This document shows positions 15,847-26,616 of a DNA stretch of 64,000 nt, in pieces. The notes beneath the pieces were generated by a model, which saw nothing but the letters and a program-made list of their open reading frames with translations, searched no databases and had not been told where the DNA came from. Both the position numbers and the translations under genes were made by a program. Location of the stretch: the NCBI GenBank assembly GCA_002189035.1, contig NEEC01000002.1:1054001-1118000 (forward strand), in the 5' to 3' direction. The DNA is from Utricularia gibba. Taxonomy: Eukaryota; Plantae; Magnoliophyta. Within the stretch, counting starts at the first letter, position 1, and the number at the start of each line of letters is the position of its first letter.

Positions 15847-16661
15847 ACTTTGAGCTCCTTTTCCAAATGTTCAGATGGACGATTCTTGGGGGACCCGGAA
15901 CCAGAATACGAACCCAGATGGGAACGATGACTGAAAAAAGATAGTAGTACTCCAAATATTCATGTCTCAAATAAAAAAACAAGAAAAGAAGAGTCTTTAG
16001 TTGGCATTCTTTCCTACTAAAAAAAATAATAAACAAAACATAACATAAGTTTTGATGTCATGTTCAAATGGTTGCTTTTCCATCTGGGGAAGTTGGTTAC
16101 GAGTAATATCTACTTCAAGGTGGAGGATATTGGTTGGTAGCCAGCTTGGTATGTTGCCCGATTCAGATGCTCAGTTGCAATCTTCGTTCTTTTTTCTTTC
16201 TTGTCACGTTTGGTATGGCTTATGTTTCAAGCATGTATCCCTTTGTTCCTTATTTTGTTTTTTAATTGATGGGTTTGTGTTGCTCTATATAAGCGTGTGA
16301 TTCTCTGGGTCGATCAGCGTCTTCTGGAGCTTACACACACTCGTTTTCGTCGATCTGGTTGTTTACCCTTTCTCTGCTTCTTGTCTGATCGAGTACTTTT
16401 CTGATTGAACCAGTGACCAAGACATGTGATCTTTTTGTGTTACTGTTGTTGTTGTCTGGTTTCGTTTGTGATGAAAGATGGGATAAATCAGAAGATCACG
16501 TTTGAAACATTGATAAAAGAGTGCGATGTCTCTGTGTTTTGTATCATGATCGTTTATTTTCTTGGTCTGCTGATCATTCTTCCACTGCGATTCCTCTGTT
16601 TTGATTGAAATTTGATATTTTGATTGGCTCATGGTTCATAGATATACAGAACTAATCGAGA

Positions 16662-18610
16662 ATGGCTACGGAAGCGTGTAACGGAGGGAGCCATGTGACC
16701 AGCAAGCCACCTCCAGAGCCGTCACCATTGAGGAAGGCCAAGTTTTTCAAGGTATCAGTCCGATGTAAACCGAAGAAGAGAACGGTGCCTGTGTTTTCCG
16801 TTTTGAGATATGTGAACATGATCAGTGATTACCGATATCTCTATGCTGCAACTGATATGTATCCATCTTGTCTAATGAACCCGTATCAGGCAAACATGAG
16901 GATTCTTGTGACTGGAGGAGCAGGGTTCATTGGATCTCACTTGGTTGACAAGCTGATGGAAAACGAAAAGAATGAAGTGGGATCTTTTCATTACCAGTAC
17001 TTTTGCACAAGTTTAGTAGCATTGTCCTGGGTCTCAAACATTTCTGGATTCTTTCTTCTCAGCTGATAGTTGTGGACAACTATTTTACTGGATCTAAAGA
17101 CAACCTGATTCAGTGGATTGGTCATCCAAGATTCGAACTCATTCGGCATGGTATTGTTAGCTTCGTTCTCTTGTTTCAGATCTGTGCTTGAAATCATCCA
17201 TTGATGGACTATCAGTTCTTCATCAGAGATGACATGTATTTGCTTGGCTGTGATTCTTAGATGTGACACAGCCTCTGCTGGTTGAAGTTGATCAGATATA
17301 CCATCTTGCTTGTCCCGCATCTCCCATTTTCTACAAGTACAATCCTGTGAAGGTCAGTTTCTTGAATCAATATCTTGAGCTGCTTGACTCGAAGCATCAG
17401 CCCGGGAGTATGAATGTTGCAATGCTGCATGCAGACTATAAAGACAAATGTGATCGGAACAATGAACATGCTGGGCCTCGCCAAGCGTGTAGGAGCAAGG
17501 TACCGTAGTGGATTGTTCTCCTTCTTGGCTCACATCTCATGAATAACATATTCAGTCACGGTGCAGAATCTTGTTGACCTCAACATCAGAAGTTTATGGT
17601 GATCCACTTGTGCATCCCCAGACTGAAGATTACTGGGGCAACGTCAATCCCATAGGTAGTTTTGAGTTTCTAGTGAGCTGAACATAGAATCTCTGACGAG
17701 CCTCAAGTTTTCCTCCTTGTTCAGGAGTCAGGAGCTGCTACGATGAAGGGAAAAGAGTAGCAGAAACTCTGATGTTCGATTACCACAGACAGCATGGAAT
17801 TGGTATGTTCTCTCTCTTGTCCATGTCTCTGAGATACAAACAAATCTTGATTGCTGTTTTTCCAATAGAAATCAGGATTGCTAGGATCTTCAACACCTAC
17901 GGGCCACGTATGAACATTGATGATGGCCGGGTTGTCAGCAACTTCATAGCTCAAGCAATACGGTAAGCTAAAGATTTCACCTTCTTTTTTGATGGCTGGC
18001 GGGAGAGACTGACTTGAAACCGTGCCTGCAGCAATGAGCCATTGACAGTACAGTTGCCAGGAACACAAACAAGAAGCTTCTGCTATGTCTCTGATATGGT
18101 AGTCTTCTGCATCACATGTCATTCACAAACAGAAGCACAGGGACACTGTTACAAGTCATTCCCTTTCAGGTTGATGGTCTTATTCGGCTGATGGAAGGGA
18201 ACAGCATTGGTCCAATCAACATTGGGAATCCAGGTCATTCTTTGGTTCTGTCACTCGTAGCTTTAAACAAAAGCCCTCACCTGGGAATTCATTCTGTTCA
18301 GGTGAATTTACAATGACTGAGCTTGCGGAGACGGTGAAAGAGGTAAGCTAAGTGATCTCATTTCACTGCTCAGAATCAGTCAGATTGAACATGTTTTCTG
18401 GCTTTTCACCAGCTGATTAATCCAGAGGTGAAGATAATCACCGTGGAGAATACACCAGATGATCCTCGACAGAGGAAACCAGACATAACAAAAGCCAGAG
18501 AGTTGCTAGGCTGGGAACCAAAGATCAAGCTGCATGAAGGCGTTCCATTCATGGAGGAAGATTTTCGTAAGAGGCTTGGTATTGCGCGAGACGGTGCTCC
18601 TTCTGCCTGA
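16662..18610 (+). CDS. UXS: UDP-glucuronate decarboxylase / UDP-xylose synthase, soluble type (UXS3/5/6-like)
   Basis: [64 protein letters not shown] and [10 protein letters not shown] motifs over ~12 short exons. No N-terminal TM segment. Confidence 0.96.
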
Positions 18611-18927
18611 ACGTTGAGAAATCTATCCAAAATAACAGGCGTGTTTTGTTTTAAGATAGGTCTGAATGAACGAAAGCTTCATTAAAAATCATGATGCAGA
18701 GTCACATTACACAAATACAATGTAGAAACGACACTGCAAAAACGTTCATTGAATATTTCAGGGGATATCATCTCAGCCAACAGCTCCATAGCAGCGGAAC
18801 AACAGCACCATTCAACATCTGCCATAACATGAAAAGAAAATCCACGCAGCAATGTAGCATATAACAAAGAAACAGACTTCAGAATGATCAGACACAAGCA
18901 AGTCAGATCAAGGAGCATATTTTCAAG

Positions 18928-19064
18928 TGATGTAGTTCCCCAACGTCCTATTGATACATGCAAGAATCAAAGGATAGCGAGAGGAACAAATTTCTTGCTT
19001 CACTTGCCAATGCCATACAAGGAGATGCGTATGTCTGGCATATGAAATTATGCATGTGAAGCAA
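18928..19064 (-). ncRNA. Candidate box H/ACA snoRNA, target not identified
   Basis: Two hairpins (ttgcttcac/gtgaagcaa; gttcctc/ggggaac with upper ttgat/atcaa), hinge AAGAAAT, and ACA three nt from the end. 137 nt, inside the snoRNA cluster. Confidence 0.55.
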
Positions 19065-19090
19065 AACCATTCAAGAGCAACTCGTTGTGT

Positions 19091-19177
19091 GAAACAATTC
19101 AGTCCCTTAGATGTTCGTAATGAATGCGATCACTTCCGCTGTCATTACAGGTCTGAGTAACGCATCAGCATTGTTTC
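19091..19177 (-). ncRNA. Box C/D snoRNA U25/snR56/snoR19-like, dual 18S guide
   Basis: 8-bp terminal stem gaaacaat/attgtttc; box C variant ATGCTGA. Guide CAGACCTGT + D' ATGA is complementary to 18S ACAGGTCTG (G equivalent to yeast Gm1428). Guide GAACATCTAAGGG + box D CTGA is complementary to 18S CCCTTAGATGTTC. Confidence 0.9.
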
Positions 19178-19223
19178 CAGACTGATTAGCTATCGATGTA
19201 AAATTCAAACTTCAGTAAATGGG

Positions 19224-19360
19224 TAGTGTAGCTGCTCAAAGGTTTTCCACATCTAAGAAAAAATGCGGAAGCAATACGTAGAAACAGCACTCCATCTGTT
19301 GCTTCAAGGGAACGAGTCAAAAGGAAATAAGGATAAATCCAGTCAACTAGATAGTGAAGC
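19224..19360 (-). ncRNA. Box H/ACA snoRNA, predicted to guide pseudouridylation in 25S GGGAACG-U-GAGCUGG (yeast snR37-type site)
   Basis: Hairpin 1: gcttca/tgaagc and agttga/ttgact, with pocket strands ctatct and cgttccct pairing AGGGAACG-UG-AGCUGG. Hairpin 2: gctgttt/gagcagc and ttccgcat/atgtggaa. ACA at 19227-19229. Confidence 0.75.
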
Positions 19361-19531
19361 TCTCCAGGAGTGAAAATGCGAATCACACTGGGTGGAATAC
19401 AAAATGCATTATCACAAGCCTGACCATCGCAATATCACTGTTTTGAAAATGTTCTATTGTTCATGTTGAGGAGACTTGAGAGTCTTTTAAAAAGTGAAGA
19501 AACAACCAAATTTTGAACTCATTTATAAACT

Positions 19532-19666
19532 TCATGTCCTTCAGCTTACTAGACCAACTTCATGTATGCAATCAGCAGGTCTGAAGAGCAGAAGTATATG
19601 TTTGTGAGCAGATTAACACCTACCTTCCCACTTTTACAAAAGAAGCGGTTGCCTGAAATTCCACTC
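19532..19666 (-). ncRNA. Box H/ACA snoRNA, predicted to guide pseudouridylation in 18S UUACU-U-UGAAGA (yeast snR80 site)
   Basis: In the 3' hairpin, pocket strands tcttc and agtaa flank the agacc/ggtct stem and pair with plant 18S TTACT-TT-GAAGA as recalled. ACA at 19535-19537. The 5' hairpin is closed by gagtgga/tctgctc. Confidence 0.72.
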
Positions 19667-19732
19667 AAAACCCAATTTCAAAATCTTACAATCAATAAAA
19701 CGAAAAGAGCAAGTCTTTGAAAAATTAACCAT

Positions 19733-19832
19733 TAACTCAGAATAATGCTTTATGTGCTCAAGGAATAGCCTTTGAAGGGCTTTTCTCATACAAGAGGTGT
19801 CAGAAAAATGAAAAGCACCACTCATCATCGTT
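19733..19832 (-). ncRNA. Candidate box C/D snoRNA
   Basis: Perfect box C ATGATGA (19822-19828), an internal CTGA, and a terminal CTGA (19737-19740). CTTTTCATTTTT before the internal CTGA could pair with 25S AAAGATGAAAAG with one G-U. Family not recognised. Confidence 0.45.
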
Positions 19833-19986
19833 TGCCCATACGACATGGGAGCAAATTTTTTTAAAAAGAGCTCAAATTTACGAAAATCAGTTAACAATCT
19901 CAAAAAACATGAATATTTTAGAAATTCAGCGCCTTTACTACTTGGAAACCGGAGAACAGAAAAACTAGTACAACAACACGAAAGAA

Positions 19987-20066
19987 GGCCTCAATGAGAA
20001 AATTCGACTGTCCACAAGAATGATTCAGACATATGCTTGTCAAGTGAAAATTTATTATCATTGGCC
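19987..20066 (-). ncRNA. U27: Box C/D snoRNA U27 (18S Am28 guide)
   Basis: GGCC/GGCC terminal stem. GACAAGCATATG followed by T-CTGA (D') is complementary to 18S CATATGCTTGTC and places A28 by the +5 rule. Box C is the variant ATGATAA and box D the variant TTGA. Confidence 0.88.
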
Positions 20067-20129
20067 AATACAGTTAGATAATCACGCTGCAACACAATTT
20101 CCGAATTCAGTAACAAAAAAATCAAATGG

Positions 20130-20197
20130 GATCATCAGATAGGAGCGAAAGATATTTTTGTAATCAAAGGTAGATCATTTGAACTATGCATCCACTC
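20130..20197 (-). ncRNA. U80: Box C/D snoRNA U80/snR60 (two 25S guides)
   Basis: Box C ATGATGA. GCATAGTTCA + D' ATGA pairs 25S TGAACTATGC (yeast Am817 equivalent). TCTTTCGCTCCTAT + CTGA pairs 25S ATAGGGGCGAAAGA (yeast Gm908 equivalent). Same architecture as human SNORD80 as recalled. Confidence 0.92.
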
Positions 20198-20367
20198 ATC
20201 ATATGAAACAAAATGGTGACTTTAGAAAAAATAAGAAACAAGAATATGGCAACAAAAACAGCATATCCAATCCTTCAAACCCATTGCGAAAACCAACAGT
20301 AACTACGAAGAGCCCGCAACAAAGCGTACAGACAAAAAAATTCATGGACTCAGTTTATGGGTGGTGA

Positions 20368-20442
20368 TATATCAGAATGGTCGGCATGGCACAGGGTGCC
20401 GATACGACGAACGAGACCTATCACAACTCATCATCATTGCCC
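20368..20442 (-). ncRNA. Box C/D snoRNA with 18S guide (snoR32-like; site equivalent to human 18S Am1383)
   Basis: Box C ATGATGA; box D CTGA at 20372-20375. The 13-nt AGGTCTCGTTCGT is complementary to 18S ACGAACGAGACCT and is followed by a degenerate D' (CGTA). The family name is tentative. Confidence 0.8.
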
Positions 20443-20554
20443 GCATCCTCCAAACCGCAATTACCAACACAACGAAGAAGAGGGTAAAAAAATCGAAACT
20501 GAAATTGCTCAAAGGAACCGGTGAACGGCGGACAAGGGATCCTGATCCCGTGTA

Positions 20555-20638
20555 CTTATAGGCGGCGGACAGGGGGTTTAGGGTTTGTGAGGAAGCTGCC
20601 CATGGGTCCAAAATGGATAAATAAAATAAGTTTGGGCT
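20555..20638 (-). promoter_or_regulatory. Putative Pol II promoter of the snoRNA polycistron: TATA-like box, telo-box, site II
   Basis: CCTATAAG (20555-20562), AAACCCTAA (20578-20586) and a TGGGCT site II (~20633). This combination is established for plant snoRNA and ribosome-biogenesis promoters. Confidence 0.6.
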
Positions 20639-20907
20639 CCGAGTCCGAGTCTCCGAGAAAAGGCGCCCGAGTGAAATTAATATTTTAAATAATTAAAAAT
20701 ATACCAATTAAATCATAATTTAATCAAATTTAACTCAATTTTTTATTATAAACAGCATGTAACATATAAATAACTTTATATTTCATTAAAAAAATATTAC
20801 GAACCAACAATGACCATCATTGTTCATAGGAGTAGCATGATCATGTACACTATATCTAATTTTTTAGATATATGATGATCAATTTTCTAAAAGAAAAGGA
20901 AGATTGA

Positions 20908-22563
20908 TCAATTTTCTAATACTTCACCCCAAGAATGACCAAGGGCGGACTGTAGAACGCTGCGCATCCTGGCTGCCTGTGGGTGAGACATTTCACCAGC
21001 AACAAATTCTTGAACAACACCTTCAACTTCAATGGCGCTGCATCCAGGTACTTTCTTCCCTTGTTTTCTATGGATTGATCTCCTCACGCTCATTGCTTCC
21101 TCGTCCCAACCGGCTTCATGGTACATATTATACGCCACCACCTGCAGCCCATAATCGATCGTCTCCTTTTCAGCTATCTTTCTCCATACCCTATTCCCAA
21201 TTTCAACCCTTCCATAAGTTCTGCATGCTCCTAAAAGGGCACCCAATATGTTCACATCGTGCATCCCTCTTCGCCCTACTGTTTCATTCACAAACTTCTC
21301 GGCCTCCTCGAGCATACCTGATCTTGCAAAGAGGTCAACAATGCAGGCGTAATGAGCAATATTTGGTTTGATGTTGTAGATGCTGCTCATACTCTGGAAG
21401 ACATGAAGGCCTCTGTCAATCAGCTTGGAGTGGGTGCAAGCTGTGAGGACGGCAACAAATGTTGCTTCAGTGGGATGAGCACCAGAGACCACCATTTCAT
21501 CGAAGAGTTGAAGGGATTTTGCAGGGTCCCCATTCATTGCTAATCCAGCTATGATCGTGTTCCAAGCTCCAGTGTCTCTGTTTTTCATCTCCTCAAAAAC
21601 TTTCAGTGCCATCTTTGCACAGCCACATTTAGAGTACATGTCAACCAATGCTGTGGCCAGTAAGGGGTTGGAGATGTAGTTGAGTTTCTGGGCTAAACTG
21701 TGCATCCATATGCCTTGAGGTAACGCGCCAAGATGAGCACAGGCAGTTAGAGCAGTCACTAGAACAGATTCGTTTGGGGGAATACCTGAGCATTCCATCT
21801 CTTTATACAAGCATAGAACTTCCTTGTAGTTGGATACCTGCAAATACGCAGCCATTAGTGCACTCCAAGATACCGTATTCCTTTCCGGCATTTCATCGAA
21901 CAGAAACCGGGCTTTCTCAACATTTTCAATTTTTCGAAAACCATCAATCATACAAGTCCACAACACCACATCTCTAGTAGGAACTTCAGCAAACAACTGC
22001 TCTGCTGTTTTCATATCCAAACTGGATGCATAAAACTCAATCAAGGCACTGGCAATGAAGGGATCATGACAAAAACCCAACCTAATCACATGGGCATGCA
22101 CTGAACGGCCGGCCGTCGGAGCATCAGAAAGAACCATGGAGCAAGCCTTGACTAGAGGCGTGAAAGTGTAGTTATTCTTTATAAGCCCTTCCTTCATCAT
22201 GTCTTTATAGCACACAATCGCCTGCCTAGGAAGGTTACCCAGGACAAAGCACCGAATCATAGTATTGCAAATAAAGGTTGTCGTTCGACCAAGGCTCTGG
22301 AAAACTGCTTGAGCATAGGAGATCGAAGATGCCGATCTTGTGGCGAATGTGAGGAGTGAAGCAATGGCAATGGGGTACTCGGACGAGGGAGATTTGAGAA
22401 TCCGGGCATGGAGCTGCTTCAAATAACGCACCTTCTGGCATGTTCCTTCCGTAATGCAACCGATCTTTGAAGGATCCACTACCGCTTCCACAACAAATCG
22501 TCCCTTTCTTGCTTCCACCCCTGTAGCAACCAAGAGATCATCACCCAGAATTTGCAGCCCCAT
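20908..22563 (-). CDS. PLS-class pentatricopeptide repeat protein, E subgroup (no DYW), intronless
   Basis: Single ORF with PPR motifs (RDVVLWTCMIDGF, RNTVSWSALMAAY, RDTGAWNTIIAGLAMNG, HYACIVDLFARSG) and an E-domain KKVPGCSAIEV...HEFVAG-like end. First ATG at 22563; the ORF-track start at 22581 is TTG. Confidence 0.93.
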   Translation of the reverse strand: MGLQILGDDLLVATGVEARKGRFVVEAVVDPSKIGCITEGTCQKVRYLKQLHARILKSPSSEYPIAIASLLTFATRSASSISYAQAVFQSLGRTTTFICNTMIRCFVLGNLPRQAIVCYKDMMKEGLIKNNYTFTPLVKACSMVLSDAPTAGRSVHAHVIRLGFCHDPFIASALIEFYASSLDMKTAEQLFAEVPTRDVVLWTCMIDGFRKIENVEKARFLFDEMPERNTVSWSALMAAYLQVSNYKEVLCLYKEMECSGIPPNESVLVTALTACAHLGALPQGIWMHSLAQKLNYISNPLLATALVDMYSKCGCAKMALKVFEEMKNRDTGAWNTIIAGLAMNGDPAKSLQLFDEMVVSGAHPTEATFVAVLTACTHSKLIDRGLHVFQSMSSIYNIKPNIAHYACIVDLFARSGMLEEAEKFVNETVGRRGMHDVNILGALLGACRTYGRVEIGNRVWRKIAEKETIDYGLQVVAYNMYHEAGWDEEAMSVRRSIHRKQGKKVPGCSAIEVEGVVQEFVAGEMSHPQAARMRSVLQSALGHSWGEVLEN

Positions 22564-23348
22564 TAGAAAATGAAAAGGCAAACAAAAAATGCTGTAATAA
22601 CCCTGAGAATGTGGAAATCAACACCAGGAAAACACTGTACCGGAAACCGGCGCATCAAGATAATCGCCAGCAGAATCATTGAGCACTGGCTACAAACAAT
22701 GGAGCCTCCGAAGCACAAAATTCAACAAGCAAACTTCTACCTTATGAAAATCACCAGGGTATTGACAATCCATTGTTCATTCAACATCAGGGAAGCATAA
22801 ACAGAATCAATTACGCGCTCAATCATACGCAAATGAGGAAACCGAAATGTTTACCTGTTCTTCTTCTTCTTATTCCGAACCCTAGCCCAACGCCGACTGG
22901 TCAGTGATAGTTTCCGTCGAGTTCCAACTTACAATTGACCGCCGCGGGGGTTCGCAACCGAGCAAATGACAAAGGGCCCGTCTTCTAACCGAAAGGGTTA
23001 TCAGGTTCGCTCCTTCATGGGGATTCGTTTTCAGAGAGACGGATCTGTATGCTTTGGTGCTGTGGCCCAGCCACCAAACCAATTTTCCAGTTTTTCAGAA
23101 GAAATATTTATTTTTTATCCATTTAACATGTCTTAGGGTGGAAATAATCCCACAATACCAAAAGTAAGAAAAACTCAAGGGATGGTAAGTGATCATTGGA
23201 GATGAAATGGGGCAACAAAAGGATTTCTTACACCTACAAGTAACCAGAAACATGTGACTGTTATATGACATGATTCGTACTCAGATGGTTCAAACCTAGA
23301 GACCATTGTACTGTAACAGCAGGCAAAAGTCCTGATTCTGAAGTGCAG

Positions 23349-25131
23349 TCAATGCCTGCTGGTGTTGGATCTAATCCCATCATCAGCTAGAATGGTTGTG
23401 GGATGCAAGGTGGTCAGGATTTGAGGCATTGACATTCCACCAGAAACAACAATTTCTGCACCCAAAGAGAAAAAAAAAAATTAAGTACTACTGGTGGACC
23501 AAAGAATATTACAGGATCAATACAAGTTGCATGCTACTCATTCCCAAAAAAGTAATCCATGTTCAGCAGAATGTCGAGCGGGATATAGTGATAAAATGGG
23601 TAGTGTTTCTGAGAGAAGACCTTCAGTGTATCTTTACTATGAGAATTCAGCAAGAAAATACAAGGATGTTTACTTGCATACGCTGGAAGAGCTTTATTAC
23701 CTATTCCTTCACGGACAGACAAATTGGGCCTGATAACATCTTTGGCGTTGACTAGAAATATGTCACCAATGTAAAGATGATTCGTTGGAACATACACACA
23801 GCACAGATCTTCATCTCCAAGATTAGTCTGAAAAAGAGTAAATAGTTTTACTGTTTTCAAAGCTACCATGGCCTTTTCCTTGAAAATATTTGGAGGCACA
23901 GAGTCTTATGATTCGTTTCTACAGTTACAAACGAGCTAACCTAATGAGCCTCCCTAATGTAATGATCTTGGCAACAGCAGTACAGGGAGTTTGAAACATA
24001 AATACCAATGAAAGAGAGGGGCCAACACAAACCTGAAGCGACAAAGATGAAGTGATAAATCCAAATGCATATTCTCCAACACGTGGATGCCTTATAATAG
24101 CCACCTCTTTGAAAGCTTTTGTATTTTGATCTGAAGGAAAGAATAATAATCCATCATCAAAGTTACTTTCGCATAATAACACACTTGAAACACAAAGCTT
24201 TACCTGGAGATATGGCAGAACTGATTTGCTTAGAGGCGTTGTAGATATGGCGAACAAATGGCATACGCTTGATAAACCACTCTCCCAAGCTCAGTAAAGA
24301 AGCACCCAACCAAGATGACATAAACACGCCGACCAAGAATATGAAAGTTATAGACGTTATAAATCCAACACCTGGATAAAGTAAAGCATGCTCAGGATAA
24401 ACATAATGACATAACCGAATTACTTCATTCACTGTTACATCAGTTTCTGATAAAATTGACACACGATTGGGTTTCAAGTGTGCAACAGAAAGTAAATTTA
24501 GGTTAAGTTTCGGTTTCTCTACTTGACAATGATGCTTAGCTCAAGAATAAAAACTTCAAAAGATCCCATCTGGAGGCCTTACCAAATACATCAACTCCGA
24601 GCTGCGCATACAGGGGAGAGAAAAAACCATCCACAAAATGAATAAACCACCACGTTATGTAGAATGTGATAGCAATAGGAAATAGAATAACACTGCAAAA
24701 AAAAAAAAAAAAAATGAACCCAATATAGCCACCGCTCCAAATAAACAAATAACTTGGATCATAGAAAAATAAGACGAATACCATCCTGTCATAAACTTCT
24801 TCGAAGCCCAACTCCTCACGAGTTTGTAAAACGTCTGCAGTAAGGATTAAGCAAATAAACCCTCAATTCCAATCGAAGGAATTGCTTCCAAATTAAGTTT
24901 TCCCCAAAAGAGTACATCAAGATACTTGAGTCGCCACCACCAAAAGCTAGCTATCAAAGATATATTGCAGTAGTTACAACCAAGCAACCATACCTCAGAG
25001 CCAGAATTCTGTTGCGAAGAAGCAGAGATAGAGGGCTTTGAAGAGTCGGAGACGGAGTCGCTCTCACCGTGGCGATGTTCGGCCACCGGAATGAGAAGCT
25101 CCAGATCTCTTTCCCCACTGGTACTCGCCAT
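23349..25131 (-). CDS. LCV: COV1/LIKE-COV (DUF502) membrane protein, 7 exons
   Basis: DLELLIPV, SWASKKFMTGCVILFPIAITFYITWWFIHFVDGFFSP, GEWFIKRMPFVRHIYNASKQIS, AFKEVAIIRHPRVGEYAFGFIT, VYVPTNHLYIGDIFL and EIVVSGGMSMPQIL motifs. Confidence 0.95.
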
Positions 25132-25789
25132 TGAAACCCGTAGATTCTTCTTCAGCAACACCACTTCCCACTCCAGAATTTCAACGCTACAAAATTCAAT
25201 CAGAGTTTTCCGAACTACACCGAATCTCTGTGTAGATTATATAGTAATTAATAATAATAAATGAATTCATATTGTTTTACTTTGTCAAATAATTAATGTA
25301 ATTTAATATCCAGGGGCTATTTTCATGTTCTGATAACTGTTTTTGTTATAGAAAAAAATATTCCACAAAAGATTTATTATCAAACTTACTTTAAAAAAAT
25401 TAAAAACCTTTATTATTTTAAAAAACTATACACTAATAACTGATCCAAAAATATTCAAAAATAATTTTTTTTACAATGACACATCATTTAGAAAATTGAT
25501 CATTCATACTTTCCTTTTCATATATTAAATTAAAAAATTTACATTAAGGATTATCACTTTTTCACATATTAATAAAAGGATCAAATTTCTAATACATCCC
25601 TAATCAATATCTGGGCAGCGGTGCATCATTTTTAACCAGGGGGCTCTCTCATTCCTTGAGCACGACTGATGAACATATGAGCAATCTATATACACGCAAA
25701 TAATGCTTATTTCATGGAGGCAACCAGCAGGGAAGATTCGGAGCAGGAGAAGAAAAAAGGGAGCAGGAGCTGCAAAAACAATATGCATC

Positions 25790-26616
25790 CTACAGTTTCT
25801 TATGATCTTCTGATTCCATCTCACTTACGTTGCCCAACACTTTCTGAATCCTTTTTGAGAGGAACTGATTATGCTCTTCTATGTGATCAACAATCAGATG
25901 TAGTTGCCTCTTGTATGCAGCCGCTTGCTTTTCGAATGTTTCTGCTCGATTTTTGGCTAGTGCGAGTTGTATGGATAGCTCCCGGATTTTCTCATGTTCG
26001 CTCTGCAGAGCAACACAAGGAGTTCAATATCAAATAAGTGTAATGCAAAGGAAACATAGGATTCTGTGCTCACGAGTGACTCCAGGGAACCACCATTTCC
26101 ATAAACATTAGCTGCTAAGATTGCCTGGCCGGATTTGACAGAGGGGTTTGCGTATGGTGGAGCCATTTCATGGTTATGCGCCCTTGAAAATCTAGAAACC
26201 TTCCACAGTCCAGAATCATCACATGAAAAAGATATCATTGCTCTGCATCCTGTTCTAGTTTCCGGCCTCTTGTAACTGAGAGAACAGGTATCTGCTTTTT
26301 CATCCTTTGCTCCTTCCTTGGAACAGCAGTATGTTTTTGATCGCACCCTTTTTGTTCCCATGAAGTAATACTGCTTCCCTCTTCTCACATTGAAACCTAC
26401 TGCTCGTGCATAATCACAGTACAACATGTATGCCTCTTCCTCACTATAAACAGGCTTCTTCAATAGTCTCTTCTCCAAATGGAGAATGTGAGCGTCATCT
26501 TGTACACCATTCACATCAACCACTTCTCCACCAGATCGGGGATTCAGACCTCCATCTTCATCACTCTCCCCACAAAGGGCTTCCTGGTTTTCAAGGTCTA
26601 ATCCAGAGCTTTCCAT
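25790..26616 (-). CDS. FAR1-related factor (FRF type: FAR1 DNA-binding domain plus short coiled-coil, no transposase core), 2 exons
   Basis: SEEEAYMLYCDYARAVGFNVRR...CSKEG...RPETRTGCRAMI...HNHEM WRKY-GCM1-like domain. The second exon encodes EKIRELSIQL...IEEHNQFLSKRIQKVLGNV, typical of FRF C-termini. Confidence 0.85.

Noticed and set aside
19186-19470. Apparent spliced ORF or HECT-like fragment (IRIFTPGELHYL...MWKTFEQLHYPFTE) and ORF 19634-19903
   Set aside because: The same bases form H/ACA and C/D snoRNAs with verifiable rRNA complementarity. No start exon or coherent protein can be built.
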